A stretch of 64,000 nt of DNA, from positions 736,001 through 800,000 of the forward strand of contig CAWBWI010000006.1 in the NCBI GenBank assembly GCA_963792585.1. Direction: 5' to 3'. A program made the translations under genes and the position numbers. Positions 28,251 through 40,200 of this stretch are shown here, in pieces. The stretch's first letter is position 1, and every line of letters begins with the position of its first letter. Source of the DNA: Candidatus Eiseniibacteriota bacterium. GTDB taxonomy: Bacteria; Eisenbacteria; RBG-16-71-46; CAIMUX01; VGJL01. A model generated the notes under the pieces. The model ran no database searches and was not told where the DNA came from. It saw only the letters and a list, made by a program, of their open reading frames with translations.

Positions 28251-29672
28251 TTACAGCTGATGCAAAGACGAGCTCGCAGGCTGGTGTGTCCCGGAGGATC
28301 GGCGCTCGACCGTCGGGAGGAGGAGACTGAACACGGAGCCCCTGCCGAGTTCGCTCCGCATTCGCAAGTCCCCTCCCATCCGCTGGGCGAGGCTCTTGGC
28401 GAGGGCAAGTCCGATCCCCAGGCCACCGATGGCCCGCGTGGTGGTTCCGTCCAGCTGGCGGAACGAGTCGAAGAGAACCGGGATCTGATCAGGGTCGATT
28501 CCCGGCCCATCGTCCTCGACTTCGATCTTGAGCCAGCTCTTGCTCTCCTCCTCAACGATCGCGGCCCGAAGGACGATGTGGGAGCCCTGAGGGGTGAACT
28601 TGACCGCGTTGTCGACGATCGCATCGAGAATCTGCCAGACCCGGCGCGCATCGAATCGCACCGACGGTCCGGCGCAATCCAATCGAATGGTAAACTCCCG
28701 CAGGCCGCCGACGATGCCGGGCAATCTGTCTCCGTAGAACTGCTCCAGCAGGGCCCGGACGTCTCCCGTCTGGATCTGGATATCGAGGTCGTCCCTCGAG
28801 ACATTCGAGAAATCGAGAAGTCGCTCGATGAGCGCCTTGAGCTTGCCGCTCTCCTCGATGGCGATCTTCAGGAAATCAGCTCTCGCCGTATTGTTCAAAT
28901 CCCCCAGCAGAAGCTCGAGGTACGCGATGACGATCGTGAGCGGCGTGCGGAGTTCGTGATTGACGTTGCTCAGGAACTGATTCTTCAGACGATCCAGTTC
29001 GTTCAGGTCCTCCGCCGCCTGACGGAGCTGCCGGTTCTTCTCGAGCAGGTTGTTGTAAAGGTTCGTATTCTCCAACGCCACGCCGAGCATTCCAAGGGAA
29101 CTCTGGATAGCCTGAAGGTCGACCGCCCGGAACGGTTCCCCGCTGATTCTGCCTCCTATGGCGACGAATCCGGTAAGCTTTCCATGGATCTGAACCGGCG
29201 CGAACAGCGCGAGACCCGTCTCTTCGACGAGTCTGCGATCCGCCAAGTTCATCGACTTCGCGAGGACCGCAGCCTCGACCGGATGGGGATCATCGAAAGC
29301 GCGCAGCGCGGCGGGAGAGACGAGCGCGGCGCCGATCGCAGGGACCCAGCGTCGCGGGATCCCATGGCTCCGCATGGACACGGGCGGCTTGATCGTCTCC
29401 GCGGGCAGGATCCAGAGCGCCGACTTGGATGTGCCCAGCTGCCCCATCAGGTTGAGGAGAACGCTGTCGATGATCTCGTACAGGCTCCTGGATAGAGCCA
29501 GTTCCTGGCCCAGCTCCAGAATCGAGCGCAGGCTGTGTTTCATCTGCGCAGCGACGCTCGTGAAGCCGTCCTCCGTCATCATCGGTTCGATCCCCGACGG
29601 GACCGAATCGGGATCAGGCGGCATTGCGCTCGCCGTAGGCTCCCGAGGTTCCATAGGCATTGCCTCGGGCAA
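28251..29672 (-). CDS. Cytoplasmic GAF-domain sensor histidine kinase (no receiver domain); exact start uncertain
   Basis: GAF region ending VALENTNLY; NHELRTPL H-box, DNAVKFT, DDGPGI, GGLGIGL. Confidence 0.92.
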   Translation of the reverse strand: MPEAMPMEPREPTASAMPPDPDSVPSGIEPMMTEDGFTSVAAQMKHSLRSILELGQELALSRSLYEIIDSVLLNLMGQLGTSKSALWILPAETIKPPVSMRSHGIPRRWVPAIGAALVSPAALRAFDDPHPVEAAVLAKSMNLADRRLVEETGLALFAPVQIHGKLTGFVAIGGRISGEPFRAVDLQAIQSSLGMLGVALENTNLYNNLLEKNRQLRQAAEDLNELDRLKNQFLSNVNHELRTPLTIVIAYLELLLGDLNNTARADFLKIAIEESGKLKALIERLLDFSNVSRDDLDIQIQTGDVRALLEQFYGDRLPGIVGGLREFTIRLDCAGPSVRFDARRVWQILDAIVDNAVKFTPQGSHIVLRAAIVEEESKSWLKIEVEDDGPGIDPDQIPVLFDSFRQLDGTTTRAIGGLGIGLALAKSLAQRMGGDLRMRSELGRGSVFSLLLPTVERRSSGTHQPASSSLHQL

Positions 29673-30012
29673 GCGCCTCGACCGCCACCACCTCGTCCCG
29701 ATCGATGCTCAGAAAGCCGTCCAGATTGAGCAGCTTCACCACCGAATCCACGGCGGTCGAGAGAGCGGCGAATCGAATGGAGAGACCCGACTCGTGGAAC
29801 TCCTCGACGAGGGCGAGGAGCGCCCCAATTCCGCTCGACGCGATGAAGACGACTTCCGAGAGATTCAAGACGAGACTCATGTGACGGTCCTTCACGTCAC
29901 GGCACTTCCGTAGCAGGTCGGGAGTCGTTCTCGCGTTCATCGTTCCGGACACGCGCAGAACGGCGGTCTGCGGTGGGAATGCGACTTCCGTCATCGAAAG
30001 ATCATCGGACAT
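29614..30012 (-). CDS. STAS anti-sigma-factor antagonist (RsbV/SpoIIAA-like)
   Basis: VLNLSEVVFIASSGIGALL with the phospho-acceptor Ser region. Confidence 0.9.
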   Translation of the reverse strand: MSDDLSMTEVAFPPQTAVLRVSGTMNARTTPDLLRKCRDVKDRHMSLVLNLSEVVFIASSGIGALLALVEEFHESGLSIRFAALSTAVDSVVKLLNLDGFLSIDRDEVVAVEALARGNAYGTSGAYGERNAA

Positions 30013-32227
30013 TGCTACAACTCCTCTGCTCGACGTTGAGGATTGTGGGATCGAAGACGAGGATCGTCGCGTTTCCGTCCCGGCTCGCGGGCTGGTAGAT
30101 GACCTGAGCCATCACCTTGTGGATGATGTCGAGGCCAAACCCGCGAGAGCGACGACGGACTTTCGGATCCCGGAGGTCGGAGGCTTCCCAGTTGTCGGGT
30201 GAGAAGGCCTTCCCATGATCCAGAATCACGAACGCGCCCGAAGGCGGAGAGTCCGGTCCGACGGCCGCATGCGCGTGCGCGTCGGCGACGGCCATCTCGG
30301 CGAAGTCGGCAGCCTTCTCCCCCGGGATCCACCAAACATTGAAAGTGCACTTGCTGTCCCCGCCATATCCGTGCTCCACGATGTTCGCGCAGGCCTCGTA
30401 GATCGCCGACGCCACCAACTGCATCGGCGTGGGCTCGAGATGCCGCAACTCGGGCAAGGATTCCAGCCAGCATGGGATTTCATCCATCTCGTCCAGAACC
30501 GCAGGCAGGTCCAGCCGGACGCCGCGCTCTCTTGCGAGCGTGATCCATCTCGATGGAGCACCTTCCATGTTCCGTTCCTTTCCGCTGTCCGACGGCGGTA
30601 CCAGTTCGAGCGACTGGGAGCGCTCGCGACTCACCACCAGGATCGTCTCGTCATCGCCGCGCGGCGTGCCTTCACGCCACTCGTCTAGGGCGAGACGGAG
30701 ACCGTCGATGACCGAAGCGCACCCCTCCGCGGCCTTCGCTTGAAGAACCGCGACCATCCGCTCGAAGTCGAACTGCGTCTTTCCCGAGAGGTCGAATGCT
30801 TCGTTGACGCCGTCGGTATACTGAACCAGCATGTCCCCTTGCTCGAGGGAGATCGCTTCATCGGAAAGGGTGCGACGAATCGCCCCGCCCCGGATCGCCG
30901 CGAGCGGGATTCCCTTCGAACGAACCTGGTCGATCTGGCGCGTTGCCGCACGGTAGATCATCAATGGTTGGTGACCCGCCGAGGCGAAGGTCAGGATCCC
31001 GGTGGCCGGATCGAGGATTCCGTAGAACATCGTCACGAAGCTGCCCGGGTTCAGGGTCTCGCCGAGCCGCTGGTCGAGCTGAGCGAGCATGGCGGTGGGC
31101 GAATCGTACTCGTCCCGGTATGCGCGCAGGAGCACCGAGAGCATCGACATCACGAGACAACCGGCAAGACCCTTGCCGGATACGTCCGCGACCGCGATCG
31201 CGATCCGGCCGTCGGCCAGACGGAGGACATCGTAGTAGTCCCCCCCGACCTCGGAGGCCGCCCGGTGGGCTCCATTGATGAGGAAGCTTCCGGCTACCGT
31301 CGGCGACTTGGGGAGCAGAGACGCCTGCATGTCCCTGGCAAGGTCCATCTCGTGGGACAGCCGCTCCTTCTCCACCATTTCTTCCTGGGCGACCTTGAGG
31401 CGCGATGCCATCTCGTCCACCGCGTCGCCGAGCATCCCGAGTTCGGTGCGGCTGCGTAGACGGATCGGCGCGTCCAGGTTTCCCGCTCCGATCCGCTCAA
31501 GGCCGGCCCGGAGGGAACCGATCGGTCGCAGCAGAACCGTCATGAGAACGAGAGCCGCGGCAACGCCGAGGCACAGCACGATTGCGAGAATCAGGGTCTG
31601 CTGCCGGTGCGCGGCGGCGATGATCCCCGTGATGTAGTCCCTTCGCAGGCCGACGGCGGCCGTGCCGATCGTCGGTCCTCCGACCCGGTTGACCGGCGCC
31701 GACGCAATCACCGTTTCCTTGTTGCCGACCAGGCTCTCTCCGGAGCGTAGCGTGATACCGCTCGCCTCGGGTCTGAGATCCGACGGCAGGACCATCTTCG
31801 TCCCGAGCATCCGGGGATCCGCATGACCCTGGATGATCCCCTCATGGTTGGCGACCACGGCCAGGCTGAGTTCCGGCTGATCGGACTGCATCTCCTTGGC
31901 CAGAGGGAGCAGGACGAGTTCCGGGAGATCGGTGAGGAGTGCGGAGGAGCTGGCGAGGGCCAGATTCCGCGCCTCGAGCAGGAGCCGGGTTTCGATCTCG
32001 GAGGTGAGCGCAACTCGGGCGTTCCGCTCCTGAACGGAGCCGACGGACAACACAGCGATCGCGGTGATGCCGACGGCGCTCGAAGTCGCGATCAGGCGAA
32101 TGCCGAAGATCCGCTTTCTCTTCGGCGGATGCGACCCGGCCGACGTACGGCCGGTCTTGCGGCCGCTTCGACGCGCGCCGCGCTCGTCGTTCAAGTCGGA
32201 GTCCGTTCGTTCCATGTTTGCGCCCAT
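30002..32227 (-). CDS. Membrane protein: periplasmic sensor + HAMP + SpoIIE/PP2C phosphatase + RsbW-type Ser kinase
   Basis: Two TM helices; HAMP (IGAGNLD..., ELGMLG); VGGDYYD, ADVSGKG, YTDGV, GDDET; C-terminal EACANIVEHGY, DHGKAF, RGFGL. Confidence 0.9.
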   Translation of the reverse strand: MGANMERTDSDLNDERGARRSGRKTGRTSAGSHPPKRKRIFGIRLIATSSAVGITAIAVLSVGSVQERNARVALTSEIETRLLLEARNLALASSSALLTDLPELVLLPLAKEMQSDQPELSLAVVANHEGIIQGHADPRMLGTKMVLPSDLRPEASGITLRSGESLVGNKETVIASAPVNRVGGPTIGTAAVGLRRDYITGIIAAAHRQQTLILAIVLCLGVAAALVLMTVLLRPIGSLRAGLERIGAGNLDAPIRLRSRTELGMLGDAVDEMASRLKVAQEEMVEKERLSHEMDLARDMQASLLPKSPTVAGSFLINGAHRAASEVGGDYYDVLRLADGRIAIAVADVSGKGLAGCLVMSMLSVLLRAYRDEYDSPTAMLAQLDQRLGETLNPGSFVTMFYGILDPATGILTFASAGHQPLMIYRAATRQIDQVRSKGIPLAAIRGGAIRRTLSDEAISLEQGDMLVQYTDGVNEAFDLSGKTQFDFERMVAVLQAKAAEGCASVIDGLRLALDEWREGTPRGDDETILVVSRERSQSLELVPPSDSGKERNMEGAPSRWITLARERGVRLDLPAVLDEMDEIPCWLESLPELRHLEPTPMQLVASAIYEACANIVEHGYGGDSKCTFNVWWIPGEKAADFAEMAVADAHAHAAVGPDSPPSGAFVILDHGKAFSPDNWEASDLRDPKVRRRSRGFGLDIIHKVMAQVIYQPASRDGNATILVFDPTILNVEQRSCSNVR

Positions 32228-34290
32228 CAGTTCTTGCCCTCCAGGATTTCCCGGGTTCGGGAGAGCTGCTGCCGCGCTCCGGCGAGATAGCCGATCGCTT
32301 TTTCATCGGTCGGATCCAGGCGCAGCGCCTTCTCCCAGTAGGTCACCGCGTCTTCCAGCCTGCCCGCTGCGAAGGAATCCATGCCTCCCATCAGGTACTC
32401 GCGCTTCAGGTATTCCCTCACCTGGAGGTATTCCGGATCGATCGAGAAGACCAGCTCCCAATAGCGCAGCGCATCCTGTGTCCGCTCGGCCTTCATCGAC
32501 TCGATGCCCCGGCGGTAGAGATCCTCGATCTCGCGCTTCTGCTGTGGTGTGATGGCCGCTTGCCGCGCTGCCGGATTCGATTCTCCAAGGGCCCACTGAT
32601 TCAGCACCGGAAGGTGTCCACTCGGACCGGCATCCTTCGGCGCCGACAAGGAGCCGCTCCTGGCGCCTGCCAGGTTGCGCTCCGCGACCTCGAGACCTTT
32701 GGCCGAGGGATTCAGCGCTCGCGCCTGGGCAAGCAGGTCGGAGGCCTCGTCGTAACGGCCGCGCTTCGCAAGCCGATCCGCCTGATCCAGTAGCTCGTCG
32801 GTGCGCTTCCCGATGGCCTTGCGCGTCCGGTCGAGCATGGCCGCCGCTTCCCGGTCACCGGGCTCCAGCTTCAGGAGCTTCGTCAAGCGATCGCGGGCCG
32901 CGGGTAGATCGCCCGCGCTGAATGCATCCAGGGCTCCCGCGAATTCGCGCTTGAGCAGCTCCGAACGCGCCGCCTTTCGATCACTCTCTTTTCGACAACG
33001 CTCGGCCCCCTGAGTGGCCATGCTGTCGTCCGGGCTGAATCCAAGAGCCCGCGTGTACGCGAGGGCGGCCTCTGCAAAGTCGCCCGTCGTCTCCAGCTCC
33101 GCGGCCTTCTTCCTCCAGCAGTCGGTTTCCATTTCCGTGACGTCCGCACGTCCGGGCGTGAGCGCTTCGACGAGGCCGAGTTGTTCGAGGGCATCGTCGT
33201 GACGACCTTCGCGGTGCGCGAGCTCCGCCGCCCCGAACAGCTCCTCCGCCCGCTCGGCCTGACGCTTCTCGTATGCCTGAGCCAGACGCGAGGCCAGAGC
33301 CTGCTCCTCGGCGAGCCGTGAGGCCACGCGCCGCTCCTCGGTCGTCGCCCCCAAACGAAGGGAAACTCCGAGCCGGTGCACCGTCCCCAGGTCGTTGTCG
33401 GCGAAAAGGTAGTCGAGGAGAACGCCGTGCCACTGGATGCCCGCTCCTGCGGTCGGCTGTCCGCCATCGAAACCGCCCCGCAAGGTGACCAACGGATGGA
33501 AACGCAGCTCGAGCCCGGCGTGGGCGCGCGGGGTCATCTCGGCGGTCCGCTCGATCTCGACCGAGGCGAGGAGCGCACCCCCGCTCAGGAACGACCGCCC
33601 ATATGCGGCGCCGAGGCGAACGCTCATCGGATCGGCGACGTTGTCCTTGTCCAGACGGAGGGTCGGCTCGACCACATTGCGGAGTGCGACACCGATTGTC
33701 ATGCCCCTCATCCAATCCTGTTGAACCCCGAGAACCGCATCGGGCCTCAGCAGGAGCCCCACATCCGCACCCATGCCGCTCGCGCTGAAGCCGGCCAGGC
33801 TCTGCTGCCGGAACTTGAAGGCGGCGCCGGCGCTCAAGCCGTCCATGAGTGTGCGGCCGTAGCCGATCGAGATCTCCGTGTCGCTCGACGTCAGATCATC
33901 GTCGTAGACGCTGTTGCGGGCGTCTCGTCCCTCGATCCCGCCGACTCCGAAGGAACGAACCGACGCGGCGGCGGTCCCCAGACGCCAGCTCGGCAGCGCG
34001 AGGGCGAAGTAGCTCTCCGTCATGTCGAGACCGTAGAGCTTGGACCAGCTCGCCTGGAATTCGCGCCGGGGAACGATGCCGAGGCCCCCGGGATTCCAGA
34101 TGGACGCGCTCGCGTCGTCGGCCACGGCCACGAATGCCCCGCCGAGGGCCAGGGCGCGATTGCCGGCGCCGTAGGCGAAGACCGAGCGGGTTCCGCCATC
34201 ATCGGCGGCGTCGACCAGCGAGGCCGAGATCGCGGCGATCGACAATCCCGCGATCAGGACGAGGATCGGTCGGAGACGTGCGCTTCTCAT
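32227..34290 (-). CDS. PorV/PorQ-family outer-membrane barrel fused to C-terminal coiled-coil/TPR domain
   Basis: Signal peptide; GNRALALGGAFVAVADDASASIWNPGGL, ADVGLL, LRGG...DYLF.DNDLGTVHRLGVSLR; TPR helices (YWEKALRLDP). Confidence 0.88.
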   Translation of the reverse strand: MRSARLRPILVLIAGLSIAAISASLVDAADDGGTRSVFAYGAGNRALALGGAFVAVADDASASIWNPGGLGIVPRREFQASWSKLYGLDMTESYFALALPSWRLGTAAASVRSFGVGGIEGRDARNSVYDDDLTSSDTEISIGYGRTLMDGLSAGAAFKFRQQSLAGFSASGMGADVGLLLRPDAVLGVQQDWMRGMTIGVALRNVVEPTLRLDKDNVADPMSVRLGAAYGRSFLSGGALLASVEIERTAEMTPRAHAGLELRFHPLVTLRGGFDGGQPTAGAGIQWHGVLLDYLFADNDLGTVHRLGVSLRLGATTEERRVASRLAEEQALASRLAQAYEKRQAERAEELFGAAELAHREGRHDDALEQLGLVEALTPGRADVTEMETDCWRKKAAELETTGDFAEAALAYTRALGFSPDDSMATQGAERCRKESDRKAARSELLKREFAGALDAFSAGDLPAARDRLTKLLKLEPGDREAAAMLDRTRKAIGKRTDELLDQADRLAKRGRYDEASDLLAQARALNPSAKGLEVAERNLAGARSGSLSAPKDAGPSGHLPVLNQWALGESNPAARQAAITPQQKREIEDLYRRGIESMKAERTQDALRYWELVFSIDPEYLQVREYLKREYLMGGMDSFAAGRLEDAVTYWEKALRLDPTDEKAIGYLAGARQQLSRTREILEGKN

Positions 34291-37200
34291 CGCACCACCG
34301 CCACTTTGCGGAGCAATCGTTGCTTCTCTCCGCCATCGGTCTGCACGACGAGCTCCGCTATGTAGACCCCGTTGACCACGACGGAACCTCGGCCGTTCCG
34401 GCCATCCCACCGCGAGGACTGATGCAACCCGGCCGGCTGGCGCTCTGCCTCCAGCAAGGTGGTCACCGCCTCGCCCCGCGACGACCAGATCCGGAGGGTC
34501 ACGAGCGCATCGGAGGGGAGGTAGTAGACGAAGGATGTCTCCTCACGCCCGGCGCCGAACGGATTCGGGAAGTTCCCGTAGCTCTCCTCCAGCGACCGGC
34601 TACTGAAAGATCCGTAGTCGGTCCAGAGGGGGAACACCTGGCCGCTGGCCGCCCTCGCCTCGATCGCGAGCAGGGCTCCCTCGGGCTGCACGATTCCGAT
34701 GTCCGCCTTCTCCCATCCCAACCGGAGCTGCGGGAATGACACGTCCTCCCGCGGCCGGATGCGGACCTCGATCGTGGCGTGCCCTCCCGGCTCCAGGACG
34801 AGAGGGCTGCTGAACACGAGCATCGACGTCGTCGAATCCGAACTGAGCTCCGCGCTCTCGGCGCGCAGCGACCCGCCCTCGTAGGCCTCGACCCGTCCTG
34901 CAGCGGCTCCCAGCGAGACCGCTGCTCCCACACCGTCGGCCGCACGGACCCGGAGGTGATCGACCCGTATCGATCCGGAACCCGGAGGCGCCGGATTGCT
35001 GAGGGTGAGCGCGGCGGCGGCGCATTCACGGCCGTCAGCGGCGATCGCCGCGGGCATCTTGCTTTCCAGCGCGATCACGAGTTCCCGCGCGGGGGGCCTG
35101 AGCCGCGTGACCCCGGAAAGGAGGGGAAGCTCCACGCCCGCATCGGGCTCGATGGCGAGCGGGGCGCCGCTGTTCGCATCGACGGCCTGTACGTTCGACC
35201 CGGAGATGGCGATCTCGAAGTACGCCGCCGGAGCGGCCGCGCGAACGCTGACGACCAATCGAAACGTCGCGATCTCCTCCGGATCCAGGATGATCCCATC
35301 GATGGGAAGCTCCACGGAGTGACGGGAGGAGTTCATGTCGGTCACCGAGGTGATCTCCCGGTCGTCCACGAAGAACCCGATCTTCAAGAGGTAGATCGAT
35401 GGATCCAGGATCGCCCGCTCCTCATTGCGGCACTCGACCGTCAGGGCGCTCGGCCGAATCCGGGAGGTTCCGGGGGTCCCCGGGTGGCGGAACGCGCCGG
35501 TCATCGCCGTGACATCACGTTCTCCGACGGTGACGACCGTGGGGAAGGCCGGGGCGGAGCGCACGACCAGGGTCGTCGCCGGCCTCTCGATGATGACCGC
35601 ACTCCCATCGAAGGGGCTGGAGAGGTACCGGGGCGGGACCGGGTTGTTCGTGTTGGCGTCCCTGATGTCGAAGGACGACTCCCCGCGCAAACGAATCCGG
35701 AAGGCGCCATGAAGGACCCCTTCCGCGATGTCTCCCGCGATCGTCAGGGTGATCGGCGTGTTGACCGGGAGGGTGAGGGGGTTGACGAACTGCAGGGCGA
35801 GCGAGTCCCCCGCGCCCGCGCCGATCGGTCGATCGATGAGGGTCTGCAGAAGTGTCCGGACACGGATCGCCCGGATCAAACTACCCGGATCCTGAAGCGG
35901 GGTCCCATCCGGGTCCACGACCTCGATCGCGAAGCCGCCGACGCGAACCTCGGACGAGATCCCACCGATGCCGATGTTCTCGAGGGTGAGGGCCAGGAGG
36001 GTCACATCCGGTTGCCCCGGCCCGACCCGCGTCGTATCGGCATCCTGCCTGGAAACCTCTACCTGGGTCGCCTCGGCGACGAGACGGGCGAGCCCCGAGC
36101 GGATCGGATAGGTGCGCTCTTTGAGGTCGAGGGTCACCGGCGCGCGGTTGGTGACATCCTCGGCCCGGAACCAGCTGCCGTCCAGGATCGTCGCCCGGAA
36201 GGTCGCCGCGGTCGCATCGGGCGAGACATCGAGCTCGAGGTTCAGTGTTGCCGGCTCGAAGGGGGTGATCACCACGGGGGTCGCGAGCGTCAGGTCGATC
36301 TCCGCGCCGGAGGTCTCGAGGCTGGACGGTCCCTTGTCGAGGAAGATGCGATTTCCTTCGCGGACCGCGATTCGGGTCAGCATCTCGGCGGGGACGATCC
36401 CCCGGCCCAGCTCATCCTCCAAGCGAATCCGCAGACCGGTCAGCTTGACGCTCGAGCCTTGCTCACCGCCGGGATTTCGGCAGGTGAGGCTGAGCGGAAC
36501 GATGCCCGTTTGCCCGCGGTTGACCGAGAATGGCGGGGTCGAGACGGCGAATAGTTCCAGTTCCTCTGCCTGCGTATAGACGTAGTGGGTTCCGCTGGAC
36601 GATTCCATGGACCGCCGCGGCAGCTCGGTCGTCTCTCCCGTTCCCTCCGCATAGCCTGTGAGACGGGCTTCGCCGGCCGTACGGGCCGTGCAGCTCCACT
36701 CGAATTGACCGGTCTCCCCCGGCGCGAGCGTCAGCGCCGATGGGCTCGGACCTTCGATGATGTCCACGGAGATTGGTCCGGGCGTCTCTACGAGGATTGG
36801 AGCGATCCCCACGATGGTTTCATCGCCCACGTTTTGAACGACCATTCGGGCTTCGAAGACCCCGCCCGCCGTGGAGGCGGCGGGATTCGTCGTCAGGGTC
36901 GTCAGCAGGGGCGCCGAACTCAGGAGAATCACTTCGGGATTCTCGAGGGGCATATCGATGGGACCATCGTTGGTCGACTGCACCGTGAGACCGTTCAGAG
37001 GTATGGCGAGCTGGATCGTGGCGTGCTGGGAGATGACATCCGCGGCCCGCACGGAGACGAAGAAACGCGCGCCGTTGAGGGGAAGGCGTTCCTGCAGCGG
37101 TCCGCTCGTCCACCCATCACCGCCCCACGTCAAGGTGCCCAGGAAGAGGTCGCTTCCGTCCATCGGGGAATAGACGCCGTCTCCCCCATCCCGCCAGAGG

Positions 37201-40200
37201 GCCACCTCTGCGATTTGGGTGGGTCCCGCCGTCCCCGTATTGTACAAACGGATGGAGTTGAGGAAGTCTTCCAGATAGCCGTTCGACGGGAGGGAGAAGT
37301 CCATTGCGACAACCGGTCCCTGGCCGGGACCCAGGGTCGCAACGCCGCTGCCGAAGTTGACGATCTGCCGCGTCACCATCCCGTCCACGATCCAACGCGC
37401 CCCGGAATCGATCGGCCACTCCGCCACGGCCCCGATCGGTTCCGCGAAGTCCAGGGCGAGCGGCTCGGCAATGGTCGCCGCGAGCGCGTCTCCGTCGGCG
37501 GCGTCCCTGGTGGACACGTCCGCGGTGAGGAAGAGGTGGCGGGACGCATGGGCCGCGATCGCGATCGCGAAACCGCGCATCACGGCCTTTCCACTCGGAA
37601 AACGCGACCGATGCGAGCCCGGGACCGTCGCCCTCGCTGTTGAAGACGCCGTCCTCCCCGTTGTCCAGGTGCAACGTCACCACGTCGCAGTCCGAGTCGA
37701 GATCGCTTCGCGAACCCGCTCCGATCCCGGAGTTGGTGAAGGTGACGCCGGTCAGCGTTTGCGGCGCGTCGTATGTGTTGGTCACGACCATGTGCAGCAG
37801 CAGAACGCCCCGGTCGCCCGGATGCACGACCCCGGGATCGATCGTTTCGGCCACGACGGTGAGTCGATTGGTCCCGGAGATGACGTGCGAGGTGGGGTCC
37901 TCGACGGCGCGATCGATGGGGCCGTCGTCGCCGGTGGCCATCCCTACGGCGACATCGGGCTCCGAAGGAAGACAGAAGCGGATCGAGCGACCTTCCCGGG
38001 CGAAACCGCTGACGTCGACGCTGGCGAAAACACGGAGTCCGGACATCGGAACCTGCTCGGAAAGCGCAGTGATCTCCCAGCGTGCCCCGGTGTTGACCAT
38101 CGATCCCAGCGCCCGGTCCTGGTAGCTCTCGAATGCCCCGTCTCCGTCGTCGACCCATATCTCGACCTTCGAGATGTCGGAACCAGGGGTGGCCGTGCCG
38201 AGGTTGACGAGATCCAGTCGGGTCAGCAGGTCCTCCTCGTAACCGTTCGGTGGGAGGGTCACGTCGAGAACGAGGTTTCGCGTCGATCCGGCGGTGAAGC
38301 TGCTCGACGGGGTCGGGTGCATCGTGATCTGGTCGGCGGCCATGCCGTCGACGACGTACGAGCCGACGGGATCGAGTGGCCATTCGGCGGACACCGATAC
38401 CGCGCGGCTGAATCCAAGGTCCTCGGCGCCGACCAGGCGAAGGTCGAACTCGTCTCCGTCGCGCGCCTCGAGCGAAGGGGCGGCCTGCAACAGAATCGAG
38501 AGCGTCTGCCTCGGCTCGATGGCCACGTTCAGGCTTCCGAACACGGCCTTTCCGTTTGCGAAGGATGCGGCGCCCAAGGGCGCGGATACGGAGTCCCGGC
38601 CCGAATTGTCGCCGCCCGCGATCATGACGTCGATTGCGCCCCAATCCTGGTCCAGCTGCGCGCGCGTCCCCGGGCCCACGGTCGTGTTCTCGAATGTCAG
38701 ACTTCTCAAGGTCTCCGGCCGTGCCGTGAAGTTGATGAGTTGGAGTCGGATGATTTCCTGGGGGGCGCCTCCGGGCAACAGCGACCGACGGATCGGCTGT
38801 TCTGCCGCGACGGTGATGACGTTGTCGCTCCCCTCGCGGATGATCAAGGAGTTGGGATTCGCGACCGCCGCGTCGACGGGACCGCCGGCCCCGCTCGCCA
38901 TCTCCAGACCGTCGTTGGGCGGCTGGGGCAGGACGAGACGGATGGTGCGGTCCGGAGCGGCGTCCGGCTGGATGTCCACGGATGCGTAGAGGCGCAGCCC
39001 CCCGATCGGGACTCCGATCGACAATCCGGCCAGGACCCATGCAGACCCGTTCCAGCTTGCGCTTCCAAGGAGGAGATCGTCCGCGCCCCCCTCGTCGAAG
39101 ATCCCGTTTCCGCCGTCCGTCCAAATCTTCATGGCCCCGATGTCGCCGTGAGGCTGCGCATCTCCCAGGTTCTGCAGCCGGATCGTGTCCAGGATGTCGG
39201 CTTCGTAACCGTTGCAGGGTGCGACGAAGTTCAACGCGAGGCGGTCGGCCTCACCGGTAAAGACCGTCGTCCCGGGAACGGGGGTGGACGCGATCTGGGC
39301 AGCGGATAATCCGCGCACGGGGAACGAGCCCGCGGGATCCAGAGGCCAGCTCGCATGCAGATTCACGGGACTGGAGAAGGAGAAGCTCTCCGCGCCTGTG
39401 ATCCGGACGTCCAGGAGATCCCCGTCCTTGCATTGATCGACGCGCTTCCGGAGATAGAGAGCACCAGGGTCGTCCCCGGATCGAGCCCAACCGCGAGGTG
39501 GGTGAAGGTGGCGATCCCGTTGCGGACCGTTGCGCGACCGAGAACCGTGTCGTCGCCGTCGCCCCCGCCCAACCCCAAGGAAAGCGAAGTCCAGTCGGCA
39601 TCGAGTTGGGCCGCGGTCCCGGTTCCCGTCGTCTTGTTCGCCACGGTCAGCCCGTTCAACGAGGTTGCGACGTCCGATGTGTTTTCCAGGGTCAAGTGAA
39701 GGATCTCGATCCCGGCGGATCCGGGGAGAAGGGTCTCTCCGGTCTGCGCCTGGCTCGTGACCCGGATCCCGGGCAGCGCCTCCTGAACCTGGATCTGGGC
39801 GGAGGCGAGGTTATTGCCGCTCGCCGGATCTCCCGGGCTTGCGTCCGTGATCGCCGCCATGTTGATGATCGTGGAGCCAGCCTCGCCGGCATCCACGGAT
39901 GCGTTGATGACGAGCGTCGCCGATGCCAGCCTCGCCAGGCTTCCCACGGTCCACTGGCCCGTGCCCATCGCGTAACCGCCCTGGCTCGGAGAACTCGACT
40001 GGTAGGTCACGCCCTGCGGAAGCAGGTCGGTAACGACCACGCCCGTGGCGACGTCGGGGCCCTGATTGACAAGGGTCAGGGTGTAGCGGACCGGATCTCC
40101 CGCCGTCGGTGTCGCGTTGTCGACGACCATTACGAGGGCGAGATCGGCGCCCGTAACGGTGAATGCGACCGATGCGGAATTGTTGCCCGTGTTCGGGTCA

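Noticed and set aside
37590..39430. Programmed ribosomal frameshifting or phase variation in the adhesin
   Set aside because: The shift sites are only 2-nt runs without slippery sequences, and similar indels hit unrelated genes in the window
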